A stretch of 64,000 bases of DNA from Auanema rhodensis (taxonomy: Eukaryota > Animalia > Nematoda): NCBI GenBank assembly GCA_964057225.1, contig CAXKVF010000073.1:1-64000 (forward strand). Direction: 5' to 3'. The stretch's first letter is position 1. Each line of letters opens with the position of its first letter. The notes beneath the pieces were generated by a model. The model had not been told where the DNA came from. It did no database searches and saw nothing but the letters and a program-made list of their open reading frames with translations. Below are positions 15,001 through 30,175 of this stretch, piece by piece. A program made the translations under genes and the position numbers.

Positions 15001-16368
15001 CAAAGTCATGGTTACCATGAACCAATATCAATAAAAATTTGTTTTTAGACTAATATGGACATGGGGAATCTAATTTTGGAAACCGCATCTCTTTATCTTT
15101 CACGTGAAGCGAGTTACATACCAAGTGCACATCACGTGTACATTTAATTAGCATAAATTAAAGTTCACGTAAACTTCAAAGTCATGGTTACCATGAAGCA
15201 ATATCAATAAAAATTTGTTTTTAGACTAATATGGACATGGGGAATCTAATTTTGAAAACCGCATCTCTTTATCTTTCACGTGAAGCGAGTTACATACCAA
15301 GTGCACATCACGTGTACATTTAATTAGCATAAATTAAAGTTCACGTAAATTTCAAAGTCATGGTTACCATGAACCAATATCAATAAAAATTTGTTTTTAG
15401 ACTAATATGGACATGGGGAATCTAATTTTGAAAACCGCATCTCTTTATCTTTCACGTGAAGCGAGTTACATACCAAGTGCACATCACGTGTACATTTAAT
15501 TAGCATAAATTAAAGTTCACGTAAATTTCAAAGTCATGGTTACCATGAAGCAATATCAATAAAAATTTGTTTTTAGACTAATATGGACATGGGGAATCTA
15601 ATTTTGAAAACCGCATCTCTTTATCTTTCACGTGAAGCGAGTTACATACCAAGTGCACATCACGTGTACATTTAATTAGCATAAATTAAAGTTCACGTAA
15701 ATTTCAAAGTCATGGTTACCATGCACCAATATCAATGAAAATTTGTTTTTAGACTAATATGGACATGGGGAATCTAATTTTGGAAACCGCATCTCTTTAT
15801 CTTTCACGTGAAGCGAGTTACATACCAAGTGCACATCACGTGTACATTTAATTAGCATAAATTAAAGTTCACGTAAATTTCAAAGTCATGGTTACCATGA
15901 ACCAATATCAATAAAAATTTGTTTTTAGACTAATGTGGACATGGGGAATCTAATTTTGAAAACCGCATCTCTTTATCTTTCACGTGAAGCGAGTTACATA
16001 CCAAGTGCACATCACGTGTACATTTAATTAGCATAAATTAAAGTTCACGTAAATTTCAAAGTCATGGTTACCATTAACCAATATCAATAAAAATTTGTTT
16101 TTAGACTAATATGGACATGGGGAATCTAATTTTGAAAACCGCATCTCTTTATCTTTCACGTGAAGCGAGTTACATACCAAGTGCACATCACGTGTACATT
16201 TAATTAGCATAAATTAAAGTTCACGTAAACTTCAAAGTCATGGTTACCATGAAGCAATATCAATAAAAATTTGTTTTTAGACTAATATGGACATGGGGAA
16301 TCTAATTTTGAAAACCGCATCTCTTTATCTTTCACGTGAAGCGAGTTACATACCAAGTGCACATCACG

Positions 16369-19300
16369 TGTACATTTAATTAGCATAAATTAAAGTTCAC
16401 GTAAATTTCAAAGTCATGGTTACCATGAACCAATATCAATAAAAATTTGTTTTTAGACTAATATGGACATGGGGAATCTAATTTTGAAAACCGCATCTCT
16501 TTATCTTTCACGTGAAGCGAGTTACATACCAAGTGCACATCACGTGTACATTTAATTAGCATAAATTAAAGTTCACGTAAATTTCAAAGTCATGGTTACC
16601 ATGAAGCAATATCAATAAAAATTTGTTTTTAGACTAATATGGACATGGGGAATCTAATTTTGAAAACCGCATCTCTTTATCTTTCACGTGAAGCGAGTTA
16701 CATACCAAGTGCACATCACGTGTACATTTAATTAGCATAAATTAAAGTTCACGTAAATTTCAAAGTCATGGTTACCATGCACCAATATCAATGAAAATTT
16801 GTTTTTAGACTAATATGGACATGGGGAATCTAATTTTGGAAACCGCATCTCTTTATCTTTCACGTGAAGCGAGTTACATACCAAGTGCACATCACGTGTA
16901 CATTTAATTAGCATAAATTAAAGTTCACGTAAATTTCAAAGTCATGGTTACCATGAACCAATATCAATAAAAATTTGTTTTTAGACTAATGTGGACATGG
17001 GGAATCTAATTTTGAAAACCGCATCTCTTTATCTTTCACGTGAAGCGAGTTACATACCAAGTGCACATCACGTGTACATTTAATTAGCATAAATTAAAGT
17101 TCACGTAAATTTCAAAGTCATGGTTACCATTAACCAATATCAATAAAAATTTGTTTTTAGACTAATATGGACATGGGGAATCTAATTTTGAAAACCGCAT
17201 CTCTTTATCTTTCACGTGAAGCGAGTTACATACCAAGTGCACATCACGTGTACATTTAATTAGCATAAATTAAAGTTCACGTAAACTTCAAAGTCATGGT
17301 TACCATGAAGAAATATCAATAAAAATTTGTTTTTAGACTAATATGGACATGGGGAATCTAATTTTGAAAACCGCATCTCTTTATCTTTCACGTGAAGCGA
17401 GTTACATACCAAGTGCACATCACGTGTACATTTAATTAGCATAAATTAAAGTTCACGTAAATTTCAAAGTCATGGTTACCATGAAGCAATATCAATAAAA
17501 ATTTGTTTTTAGACTAATATGGACATGGGGAATCTAATTTTGAAAACCGCATCTCTTTATCTTTCACGTGAAGCGAGTTACATACCAAGTGCACATCACG
17601 TGTACATTTAATTAGCATAAATTAAAGTTCACGTAAATTTCAAAGTCATGGTTACCATGAACCAATATCAATCAAAATTTGTTTTTAGACTAATATGGAC
17701 ATGGGGAATCTAATTTTGAAAACCGCATCTCTTTATCTTTCACGTGAAGCGAGTTACATACCAAGTGCACATCACGTGTACATTTAATTAGCATAAATTA
17801 AAGTTCACGTAAATTTCAAAGTCATGGTTACCATGAAGCAATATCAATAAAAATTTGTTTTTAGACTAATATGGACATGGGGAATCTAATTTTGAAAACC
17901 GCATCTCTTTATCTTTCACGTGAAGCGAGTTACATACCAAGTGCACATCACGTGTACATTTAATTAGCATAAATTAAAGTTCACGTAAATTTCAAAGTCA
18001 TGGTTACCATGAAGCAATATCAATAAAAATTTGTTTTTAGACTAATATGGACATGGGGAATCTAATTTTGAAAACCGCATCTCTTTATCTTTCACGTGAA
18101 GCGAGTTACATACCAAGTGCACATCACGTGTACATTTAATTAGCATAAATTAAAGTTCACGTAAATTTCAAAGTCATGGTTACCATGAACCAATATCAAT
18201 CAAAATTTGTTTTTAGACTAATATGGACATGGGGAATCTAATTTTGAAAACCGCATCTCTTTATCTTTCACGTGAAGCGAGTTACATACCAAGTGCACAT
18301 CATGTGTACATTTAATTAGCATAAATTAAAGTTCACGTAAATTTCAAAGTCATGGTTACCATGCATCAATATCAATAAAAATTTGTTTTTAGACTAATAT
18401 GGACATGGGGAATCTACTTTTGAAAACCGCATCCCTTTATCTTTCACGTGAAGCGAGTTACATACCAAGTGCACATCACGTGTACACTTAATAAGCATAA
18501 ATTAAAGTTCACGTAAATTTCAAAGTCATGGTTACCATGCATCAATATTAATAAAAATTCGTTTTTAGACTAGTATGGACATGGGGAATCTAATTTTGAA
18601 AACCGCATCTCTTTATCTTTCACGTGAAGCGAGTTACATACCAAGTGCACATCACGTGTACATTTAATTAGCATAAATTAAAGTTCACGTAAATTTCAAA
18701 GTCATGGTTACCATGAACCAATATCAATAAAAATTTGTTTTTAGACTAATATGGACATGGGGAATCTAATTTTGAAAACCGCATCTCTTTATCTTTCACG
18801 TGAAGCGAGTTACATACCAAGTGCACATCACGTGTACATTTAATTAGCATAAATTAAAGTTCACGTAAATTTCAAAGTCATGGTTACCATGAAGCAATAT
18901 CAATAAAAATTTGTTTTTAGACTAATATGGACATGGGGAATCTAATTTTGAAAACCGCATCTCTTTATCTTTCACGTGAAGCGAGTTACATACCAAGTGC
19001 ACATCACGTGTACATTTAATTAGCATAAATTAAAGTTCACGTAAATTTCAAAGTCATGGTTACCATGCACCAATATCAATGAAAATTTGTTTTTAGACTA
19101 ATATGGACATGGGGAATCTAATTTTGGAAACCGCATCTCTTTATCTTTCACGTGAAGCGAGTTACATACCAAGTGCACATCACGTGTACATTTAATTAGC
19201 ATAAATTAAAGTTCACGTAAATTTCAAAGTCATGGTTACCATGAACCAATATCAATAAAAATTTGTTTTTAGACTAATGTGGACATGGGGAATCTAATTT

Positions 19301-20944
19301 TGAAAACCGCATCTCTTTATCTTTCACGTGAAGCGAGTTACATACCAAGTGCACATCACGTGTACATTTAATTAGCATAAATTAAAGTTCACGTAAATTT
19401 CAAAGTCATGGTTACCATTAACCAATATCAATAAAAATTTGTTTTTAGACTAATATGGACATGGGGAATCTAATTTTGAAAACCGCATCTCTTTATCTTT
19501 CACGTGAAGCGAGTTACATACCAAGTGCACATCACGTGTACATTTAATTAGCATAAATTAAAGTTCACGTAAACTTCAAAGTCATGGTTACCATGAAGAA
19601 ATATCAATAAAAATTTGTTTTTAGACTAATATGGACATGGGGAATCTAATTTTGAAAACCGCATCTCTTTATCTTTCACGTGAAGCGAGTTACATACCAA
19701 GTGCACATCACGTGTACATTTAATTAGCATAAATTAAAGTTCACGTAAATTTCAAAGTCATGGTTACCATGAAGCAATATCAATAAAAATTTGTTTTTAG
19801 ACTAATATGGACATGGGGAATCTAATTTTGTAAACCGCATCTCTTTATCTTTCACGTGAAGCGAGTTACATACCAAGTGCACATCACGTGTACATTTAAT
19901 TAGCATAAATTAAAGTTCACGTAAATTTCAAAGTCATGGTTACCATGAACCAATATCAATCAAAATTTGTTTTTAGACTAATATGGACATGGGGAATCTA
20001 ATTTTGAAAACCGCATCTCTTTATCTTTCACGTGAAGCGAGTTACATACCAAGTGCACATCACGTGTACATTTAATTAGCATAAATTAAAGTTCACGTAA
20101 ATTTCAAAGTCATGGTTACCATGAAGCAATATCAATAAAAATTTGTTTTTAGACTAATATGGACATGGGGAATCTAATTTTGAAAACCGCATCTCTTTAT
20201 CTTTCACGTGAAGCGAGTTACATACCAAGTGCACATCACGTGTACATTTAATTAGCATAAATTAAAGTTCACGTAAATTTCAAAGTCATGGTTACCATGA
20301 AGCAATATCAATAAAAATTTGTTTTTAGACTAATATGGACATGGGGAATCTAATTTTGAAAACCGCATCTCTTTATCTTTCACGTGAAGCGAGTTACATA
20401 CCAAGTGCACATCACGTGTACATTTAATTAGCATAAATTAAAGTTCACGTAAATTTCAAAGTCATGGTTACCATGAACCAATATCAATCAAAATTTGTTT
20501 TTAGACTAATATGGACATGGGGAATCTAATTTTGAAAACCGCATCTCTTTATCTTTCACGTGAAGCGAGTTACATACCAAGTGCACATCATGTGTACATT
20601 TAATTAGCATAAATTAAAGTTCACGTAAATTTCAAAGTCATGGTTACCATGCATCAATATCAATAAAAATTTGTTTTTAGACTAATATGGACATGGGGAA
20701 TCTACTTTTGAAAACCGCATCCCTTTATCTTTCACGTGAAGCGAGTTACATACCAAGTGCACATCACGTGTACACTTAATAAGCATAAATTAAAGTTCAC
20801 GTAAATTTCAAAGTCATGGTTACCATGCATCAATATTAATAAAAATTCGTTTTTAGACTAGTATGGACATGGGGAATCTAATTTTGAAAACCGCATCTCT
20901 TTATCTTTCACGTGAAGCGAGTTACATACCAAGTGCACATCACG
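16369..20944. repeat. 13-monomer higher-order repeat, 2 copies (2288 bp)
   Basis: Private variants recur at +2288: 16793/19081, 17311/19599, 18303/20591, 18417/20705. Confidence 0.9.
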
Positions 20945-23900
20945 TGTACATTTAATTAGCATAAATTAAAGTTCACGTAAATTTCAAAGTCATGGTTACC
21001 ATGCATCAATATCAATAAAAATTTGTTTTTAGACTAATATGGACATGGGGAATCTAATTTTGAAAACCGCATCTCTTTATCTTTCACGTGAAGCGAGTTA
21101 CATACCAAGTGCACATCACGTGTACATTTAATTAGCATAAATTAAAGTTCACGTAAATTTCAAAGTCATGGTTACCATGAAGCAATATCAATAAAAATTT
21201 GTTTTTAGACTAATATGGACATGGGGAATCTAATTTTGAAAACCGCATCTCTTTATCTTTCACGTGAAGCGAGTTACATACCAAGTGCACATCACGTGTA
21301 CATTTAATTAGCATAAATTAAAGTTCACGTAAATTTCAAAGTCATGGTTACCATGAAGCAATATCAATAAAAATTTGTTTTTAGACTAATATGGACATGG
21401 GGAATCTAATTTTGAAAACCGCATCTCTTTATCTTTCACGTGAAGCGAGTTACATACCAAGTGCACATCACGTGTACATTTAATTAGCATAAATTAAAGT
21501 TCACGTAAATTTCAAAGTCATGGTTACCATGCACCAATATCAATAAAAATTTGTTTTTAGACTAATATGGACATGGGAAATCTAATTTTGAAAACCGCAT
21601 CTCTTTATCTTTCACGTGAAGCGAGTTACATACCAAGAGCACATCACGTGTACATTTAATTAGCATAAATTAAAGTTCACGTAAATTTCAAAGTCATGGT
21701 TACCATGAACCAATATCAATAAAAATTTGTTTTTAGACTAATATGGACATGGGGAATCTAATTTTGAAAACCGCATCTCTTTATCTTTCACGTGAAGCGA
21801 GTTACATACCAAGTGCACATCACGTGTACATTTAATTAGCATAAATTAAAGTTCACGTAAATTTCAAAAGTCATGGTTACCATGCACCAATATCAATAAA
21901 AATTTGTTTTTAGACTAATATGGACATGGGGAATCTAATTTTGAAAACCGCATCTCTTTATCTTTCACGTGAAGCGAGTTACATACCAAGTGCACATCAC
22001 GTGTACATTTAAATAGCATAAATTAAAGTTCACGTAAATTTCAAAGTCATGGTTACCATGAACCAATATCAATAAAAATTTGTTTTTAGACTAATATGGA
22101 CATGGGGAATCTAATTTTGGAAACCGCATCTCTTTATCTTTCACGTGAAGCGAGTTACATACCAAGTGCACATCACGTGTACATTTAATTAGCATAAATT
22201 AAAGTTCACGTAAACTTCAAAGTCATGGTTACCATGAAGCAATATCAATAAAAATTTGTTTTTAGACTAATATGGACATGGGGAATCTAATTTTGAAAAC
22301 CGCATCTCTTTATCTTTCACGTGAAGCGAGTTACATACCAAGTGCACATCACGTGTACATTTAATTAGCATAAATTAAAGTTCACGTAAATTTCAAAGTC
22401 ATGGTTACCATGAACCAATATCAATAAAAATTTGTTTTTAGACTAATATGGACATGGGGAATCTAATTTTGAAAACCGCATCTCTTTATCTTTCACGTGA
22501 AGCGAGTTACATACCAAGTGCACATCACGTGTACATTTAATTAGCATAAATTAAAGTTCACGTAAATTTCAAAGTCATGGTTACCATGAACCAATATCAA
22601 TAAAAATTTGTTTTTAGACTAATATGGACATGGGGAATCTAATTTTGAAAACCGCATCTCTTTATCTTTCACGTGAAGCGAGTTACATACCAAGTGCACA
22701 TCACGTGTACATTTAATTAGCATAAATTAAAGTTCACGTAAATTTCAAAGTCATGGTTACCATGAAGCAATATCAATAAAAATTTGTTTTTAGACTAATA
22801 TGGACATGGGGAATCTAATTTTGAAAACCGCATCTCTTTATCTTTCACGTGAAGCGAGTTACATACCAAGTGCACATCACGTGTACATTTAATTAGCATA
22901 AATTAAAGTTCACGTAAATTTCAAAGTCATGGTTACCATGAAGCAATATCAATAAAAATTTGTTTTTAGACTAATATGGACATGGGGAATCTAATTTTGA
23001 AAACCGCATCTCTTTATCTTTCACGTGAAGCGAGTTACATACCAAGTGCACATCACGTGTACATTTAATTAGCATAAATTAAAGTTCACGTAAATTTCAA
23101 AGTCATGGTTACCATGCACCAATATCAATAAAAATTTGTTTTTAGACTAATATGGACATGGGGAATCTAATTTTGGAAACCGCATCTCTTTATCTTTCAC
23201 GTGAAGCGAGTTACATACCAAGTGCACATCACGTGTACATTTAATTAGCATAAATTAAAGTTCACGTAAATTTCAAAGTCATGGTTACCATGAACCAATA
23301 TCAATAAAAATTTGTTTTTAGACTAATATGGACATGGGGAATCTAATTTTGAAAACCGCATCTCTTTATCTTTCACGTGAAGCGAGTTACATACCAAGTG
23401 CACATCACGTGTACATTTAATTAGCATAAATTAAAGTTCACGTAAATTTCAAAGTCATGGTTACCATGAAGCAATATCAATAAAAATTTGTTTTTAGACT
23501 AATATGGACATGGGGAATCTAATTTTGAAAACCGCATCTCTTTATCTTTCACGTGAAGCGAGTTACATACCAAGTGCACATCACGTGTACATTTAATTAG
23601 CATAAATTAAAGTTCACGTAAATTTCAAAGTCATGGTTACCATGAAGCAATATCAATAAAAATTTGTTTTTAGACTAATATGGACATGGGGAATCTAATT
23701 TTGAAAACCGCATCTCTTTATCTTTCACGTGAAGCGAGTTACATACCAAGTGCACATCACGTGTACATTTAATTAGCATAAATTAAAGTTCACGTAAATT
23801 TCAAAGTCATGGTTACCATGCACCAATATCAATAAAAATTTGTTTTTAGACTAATATGGACATGGGGAATCTAATTTTGGAAACCGCATCTCTTTATCTT

Positions 23901-24993
23901 TCACGTGAAGCGAGTTACATACCAAGTGCACATCACGTGTACATTTAATTAGCATAAATTAAAGTTCACGTAAATTTCAAAGTCATGGTTACCATGAACC
24001 AATATCAATAAAAATTTGTTTTTAGACTAATATGGACATGGGGAATCTAATTTTGAAAACCGCATCTCTTTATCTTTCACGTGAAGCGAGTTACATACCA
24101 AGTGCACATCACGTGTACATTTAATTAGCATAAATTAAAGTTCACGTAAATTTCAAAGTCATGGTTACCATGAACCAATATCAATAAAAATTTGTTTTTA
24201 GACTAATATGGACATGGGGAATCTAATTTTGAAAACCGCATCTCTTTATCTTTCACGTGAAGCGAGTTACATACCAAGTGCACATCACGTGTACATTTAA
24301 TTAGCATAAATTAAAGTTCACGTAAATTTCAAAGTCATGGTTACCATGAAGCAATATCAATAAAAATTTGTTTTTAGACTAATATGGACATGGGGAATCT
24401 AATTATGAAAACCGCATCTCTTTATCTTTCACGTGAAGCGAGTTACATACCAAGTGCACATCACGTGTACATTTAATTAGCATAAATTAAAGTTCACGTA
24501 AATTTCAAAGTCATGGTTACCATGAAGCAATATCAATAAAAATTTGTTTTTAGACTAATATGGACATGGGGAATCTAATTTTGAAAACCGCATCTCTTTA
24601 TCTTTCACGTGAAGCGAGTTACATACCAAGTGCACATCACGTGTACATTTAATTAGCATAAATTAAAGTTCACGTAAATTTCAAAGTCATGGTTACCATG
24701 CACCAATATCAATAAAAATTTGTTTTTAGACTAATATGGACATGGGGAATCTAATTTTGGAAACCGCATCTCTTTATCTTTCACGTGAAGCGAGTTACAT
24801 ACCAAGTGCACATCACGTGTACATTTAATTAGCATAAATTAAAGTTCACGTAAATTTCAAAGTCATGGTTACCATGAACCAATATCAATAAAAATTTGTT
24901 TTTAGACTAATGTGGACATGGGGAATCTAATTTTGAAAACCGCATCTCTTTATCTTTCACGTGAAGCGAGTTACATACCAAGTGCACATCACG

Positions 24994-27900
24994 TGTACAT
25001 TTAATTAGCATAAATTAAAGTTCACGTAAATTTCAAAGTCATGGTTACCATGAACCAATATCAATAAAAATTTGTTTTTAGACTAATATGGACATGGGGA
25101 ATCTAATTTTGAAAACCGCATCTCTTTATCTTTCACGTGAAGCGAGTTACATACCAAGTGCACATCACGTGTACATTTAATTAGCATAAATTAAAGTTCA
25201 CGTAAACTTCAAAGTCATGGTTACCATGAAGCAATATCAATAAAAATTTGTTTTTAGACTAATATGGACATGGGGAATCTAATTTTGAAAACCGCATCTC
25301 TTTATCTTTCACGTGAAGCGAGTTACATACCAAGTGCACATCACGGGTACATTTAATTAGCATAAATTAAAGTTCACGTAAATTTCAAAGTCATGGTTAC
25401 CATGAACCAATATCAATAAAAATTTGTTTTTAGACTAATATGGACATGGGGAATCTAATTTTGAAAACCGCATCTCTTTATATTTCACGTGAAGCGAGTT
25501 ACATACCAAGTGCACATCACGTGTACATTTAATTAGCATAAATTAAAGTTCACGTAAATTTCAAAGTCATGGTTACCATGAAGCAATATCAATAAAAATT
25601 TGTTTTTAGACTAATATGGACATGGGGAATCTAATTTTGAAAACCGCATCTCTTTATCTTTCACGTGAAGCGAGTTACATACCAAGTGCACATCACGTGT
25701 ACATTTAATTAGCATAAATTAAAGTTCACGTAAATTTCAAAGTCATGGTTATCATGAAGCAATATCAATAAAAATTTGTTTTTAGACTAATATGGACATG
25801 GGGAATCTAATTTTGAAAACCGCATCTCTTTATCTTTCACGTGAAGCGAGTTACATACCAAGTGCACATCACGTGTACATTTAATTAGCATAAATTAAAG
25901 TTCACGTAAATTTCAAAGTCATGGTTACCATGAACCAATATCAATCAAAATTTGTTTTTAGACTAATATGGACATGGGGAATCTAATTTTGAAAACCGCA
26001 TCTCTTTATCTTTCACATGAAGCGAGTTACATACCAAGTGCACATCACGTGTACATTTAATTAGCATGAATTAAAGTTCACGTAAATTTCAAAGTCATGG
26101 TTACCATGCACCAATATCAATAAAAATTTGTTTTTAGACTAATATGGACATGGGGAATCTAATTTTGAAAACCGCATCTCTTTATCTTTCACGTGAAGCG
26201 AGTTACATACCAAGTGCACATCACGTGTACATTTAATTAGCATGAATTAAAGTTCACGTAAATTTCAAAGTCATGGTTACCATGCACCAATATCAATAAA
26301 AATTTGTTTTTAGACTAATATGGACATGGGGAATCTAATTTTGAAAACCGCATCTCTTTATCTTTCACGTGAAGCGAGTTACATACCAAGTGCACATCAC
26401 GTGTACATTTAATTAGCATAAATTAAAGTTCACGTAAATTTCAAAGTCATGGTTACCATGCACCAATATCAATAAAAATTTGTTTTTAGACTAATATGGA
26501 CATGGGGAATCTAATTTTGAAAACCGCATCTCTTTATCTTTCACGTGAAGCGAGTTACATACCAAGTGCACATCACGTGTACATTTAATTAGCATAAATT
26601 AAAGTTCAAAGTCATGGTTACCATGCACCAATATCAATAAAAAGTTGTTTTTAGACTAATATGGACATGGGGAATCTAATTTTGAAAACCGCATCTCTTT
26701 ATCTTTCACGTGAAGCGAGTTACATACCAAGTGCACATCACGTGTACATTTAATTAGCATAAATTAAAGTTCACGTAAATTTCAAAGTCATGGTTACCAT
26801 GAACCAATATCAATAAAAATTTGTTTTTAGACTAATATGGACATGGGGAATCTAATTTTGAAAACCGCATCTCTTTATCTTTCACGTGAAGCGAGTTACA
26901 TACCAAGTGCACATCACGTGTACATTTAATTAGCATAAATTAAAGTTCACGTAAACTTCAAAGTCATGGTTACCATGAAGCAATATCAATAAAAATTTGT
27001 TTTTAGACTAATATGGACATGGGGAATCTAATTTTGAAAACCGCATCTCTTTATCTTTCACGTGAAGCGAGTTACATACCAAGTGCACATCACGGGTACA
27101 TTTAATTAGCATAAATTAAAGTTCACGTAAATTTCAAAGTCATGGTTACCATGAACCAATATCAATAAAAATTTGTTTTTAGACTAATATGGACATGGGG
27201 AATCTAATTTTGAAAACCGCATCTCTTTATCTTTCACGTGAAGCGAGTTACATACCAAGTGCACATCACGTGTACATTTAATTAGCATAAATTAAAGTTC
27301 ACGTAAATTTCAAAGTCATGGTTACCATGAAGCAATATCAATAAAAATTTGTTTTTAGACTAATATGGACATGGGGAATCTAATTTTGAAAACCGCATCT
27401 CTTTATCTTTCACGTGAAGCGAGTTACATACCAAGTGCACATCACGTGTACATTTAATTAGCATAAATTAAAGTTCACGTAAATTTCAAAGTCATGGTTA
27501 TCATGAAGCAATATCAATAAAAATTTGTTTTTAGACTAATATGGACATGGGGAATCTAATTTTGAAAACCGCATCTCTTTATCTTTCACGTGAAGCGAGT
27601 TACATACCAAGTGCACATCACGTGTACATTTAATTAGCATAAATTAAAGTTCACGTAAATTTCAAAGTCATGGTTACCATGAACCAATATCAATCAAAAT
27701 TTGTTTTTAGACTAATATGGACATGGGGAATCTAATTTTGAAAACCGCATCTCTTTATCTTTCACATGAAGCGAGTTACATACCAAGTGCATATCACGTG
27801 TACATTTAATTAGCATGAATTAAAGTTCACGTAAATTTCAAAGTCATGGTTACCATGCACCAATATCAATAAAAATTTGTTTTTAGACTAATATGGACAT

Positions 27901-28491
27901 GGGGAATCTAATTTTGAAAACCGCATCTCTTTATCTTTCACGTGAAGCGAGTTACATACCAAGTGCACATCACGTGTACATTTAATTAGCATGAATTAAA
28001 GTTCACGTAAATTTCAAAGTCATGGTTACCATGCACCAATATCAATAAAAATTTGTTTTTAGACTAATATGGACATGGGGAATCTAATTTTGAAAACCGC
28101 ATCTCTTTATCTTTCACGTGAAGCGAGTTACATACCAAGTGCACATCACGTGTACATTTAATTAGCATAAATTAAAGTTCACGTAAATTTCAAAGTCATG
28201 GTTACCATGCACCAATATCAATAAAAATTTGTTTTTAGACTAATATGGACATGGGGAATCTAATTTTGAAAACCGCATCTCTTTATCTTTCACGTGAAGC
28301 GAGTTACATACCAAGTGCACATCACGTGTACATTTAATTAGCATAAATTAAAGTTCAAAGTCATGGTTACCATGCACCAATATCAATAAAAAGTTGTTTT
28401 TAGACTAATATGGACATGGGGAATCTAATTTTGAAAACCGCATCTCTTTATCTTTCACGTGAAGCGAGTTACATACCAAGTGCACATCACG
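24994..28491. repeat. 10-monomer higher-order repeat, 2 copies (1749 bp, includes an 11-bp deletion)
   Basis: CACGGG at 25346/27095 and the 11-bp deletion at ~26607/~28356 both recur at +1749 (1760 - 11). Confidence 0.9.
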
Positions 28492-30074
28492 TGTACATTT
28501 AATTAGCATAAATTAAAGTTCACGTAAATTTCAAAGTCATGGTTACCATGCACCAATATCAATAAAAATTTGTTTTTAGACTAATATGGACATGGGGAAT
28601 CTAATTTTGAAAACCGCATCTCTTTATCTTTCACGTGAAGCGAGTTACATACCAAGTGCACATCACGTGTACATTTAATTAGCATAAATTAAAGTTCACG
28701 TAAATTTCAAAGTCATGGTTACCATAAACCAATATCAATAAAAATTTGTTTTTAGACTAATATGGACATGGGGAATCTAATTTTGAAAACCGCATCTCTT
28801 TATCTTTCACGTGAAGCGAGTTACATACCAAGTGCACATCACGTGTACATTTAATTAGCATAAATTAAAGTTCACGTAAATTTCAAAGTCATGGTTACCA
28901 TGAAGCAATATCAATAAAAATTTGTTTTTAGACTAATATGGACATGGGGAATCTAATTTTGAAAACCGCATCTCTTTATCTTTCACGTGAAGCGAGTTAC
29001 ATACCAAGTGCACATCACGTGTACATTTAATTAGCATAAATTAAAGTTCACGTAAATTTCAAAGTCATGGTTACCATGAAGCAATATCAATAAAAATTTG
29101 TTTTTAGACTAATATGGACATGGGGAATCTAATTTTGAAAACCGCATCTCTTTATCTTTCACGTGAAGCGAGTTACATACCAAGTGCATATCACGTGTAC
29201 ATTTAATTAGCATGAATTAAAGTTCACGTAAATTTCAAAGTCATGGTTACCATGCACCAATATCAATAAAAATTTGTTTTTAGACTAATATGGACATGGG
29301 GAATCTAATTTTGAAAACCGCATCTCTTTATCTTTCACGTGAAGCGAGTTACATACCAAGTGCACATCACGTGTACATTTAATTAGCATAAATTAAAGTT
29401 CACGTAAATTTCAAAGTCATGGTTACCATGCACCAATATCAATAAAAATTTGTTTTTAGACTAATATGGACATGGGGAATCTAATTTTGAAAACCGCATC
29501 TCTTTATCTTTCACGTGAAGCGAGTTACATACCAAGTGCACATCACGTGTACATTTAATTAGCATAAATCAAAGTTCACGTAAATTTCAAAGTCATGGTT
29601 ACCATGCACCAATATCAATAAAAAGTTGTTTTTAGACTAATATGGACATGGGGAATCTAATTTTGAAAACCGCATCTCTTTATCTTTCACGTGAAGCGAG
29701 TTACATACCAAGTGCACATCACGTGTACATTTAATTAGCATAAATTAAAGTTCACGTAAATTTCAAAGTCATGGTTACCATGAAGCAATATCAATAAAAA
29801 TTTGTTTTTAGACTAATATGGACATGGGGAATCTAATTTTGAAAACCGCATCTCTTTATCTTTCACGTGAAGCGAGTTACATACCAAGTGCATATCACGT
29901 GTACATTTAATTAGCATGAATTAAAGTTCACGTAAATTTGAAAGTCATGGTTACCATGCACCAATATCAATAAAAATTTGTTTTTAGACTAATATGGACA
30001 TGGGGAATCTAATTTTGAAAACCGCATCTCTTTATCTTTCACGTGAAGCGAGTTACATACCAAGTGCACATCAC

Positions 30075-30091
30075 GTGTACATTTAATTAGC

Positions 30092-30097
<6 letters not shown>
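30075..30097 (+). repeat. Target-site duplication, left copy (GTGTACATTTAATTAGCATAAAT)
   Basis: Identical to 35511-35533. The monomer register shows these bases are present twice. True length is 18-23 bp because of junction microhomology. Confidence 0.8.
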
Positions 30098-30127
<30 letters not shown>

Positions 30128-30129
30128 TT
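30097..30129 (-). repeat. LINE 3' tail, (TAAA) x ~8
   Basis: Perfect (TTAT)8T on the plus strand abutting the TSD. It contains AATAAA on the element strand. Confidence 0.92.
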
Positions 30130-30175
30130 CGTTCTATATCACAGATTCTTGATAATCAAAAGCTTATTGTGAACG
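30130..30175 (-). promoter_or_regulatory. Putative 3'-terminal RNA stem-loop of the LINE
   Basis: Nested inverted repeats CGTTC/GAACG, TCACA/TGTGA and TTGAT/ATCAA immediately next to the tail. Confidence 0.5.

Larger units (their letters stand above)
1..30097. repeat. 176-bp satellite array, left arm (~171 monomers)
   Basis: TGTACATTTAATTAGC recurs at 1, 177, 881, 2641 and onward (period 176). Monomers differ by only a few substitutions. The array runs off the window start. Confidence 0.99.
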
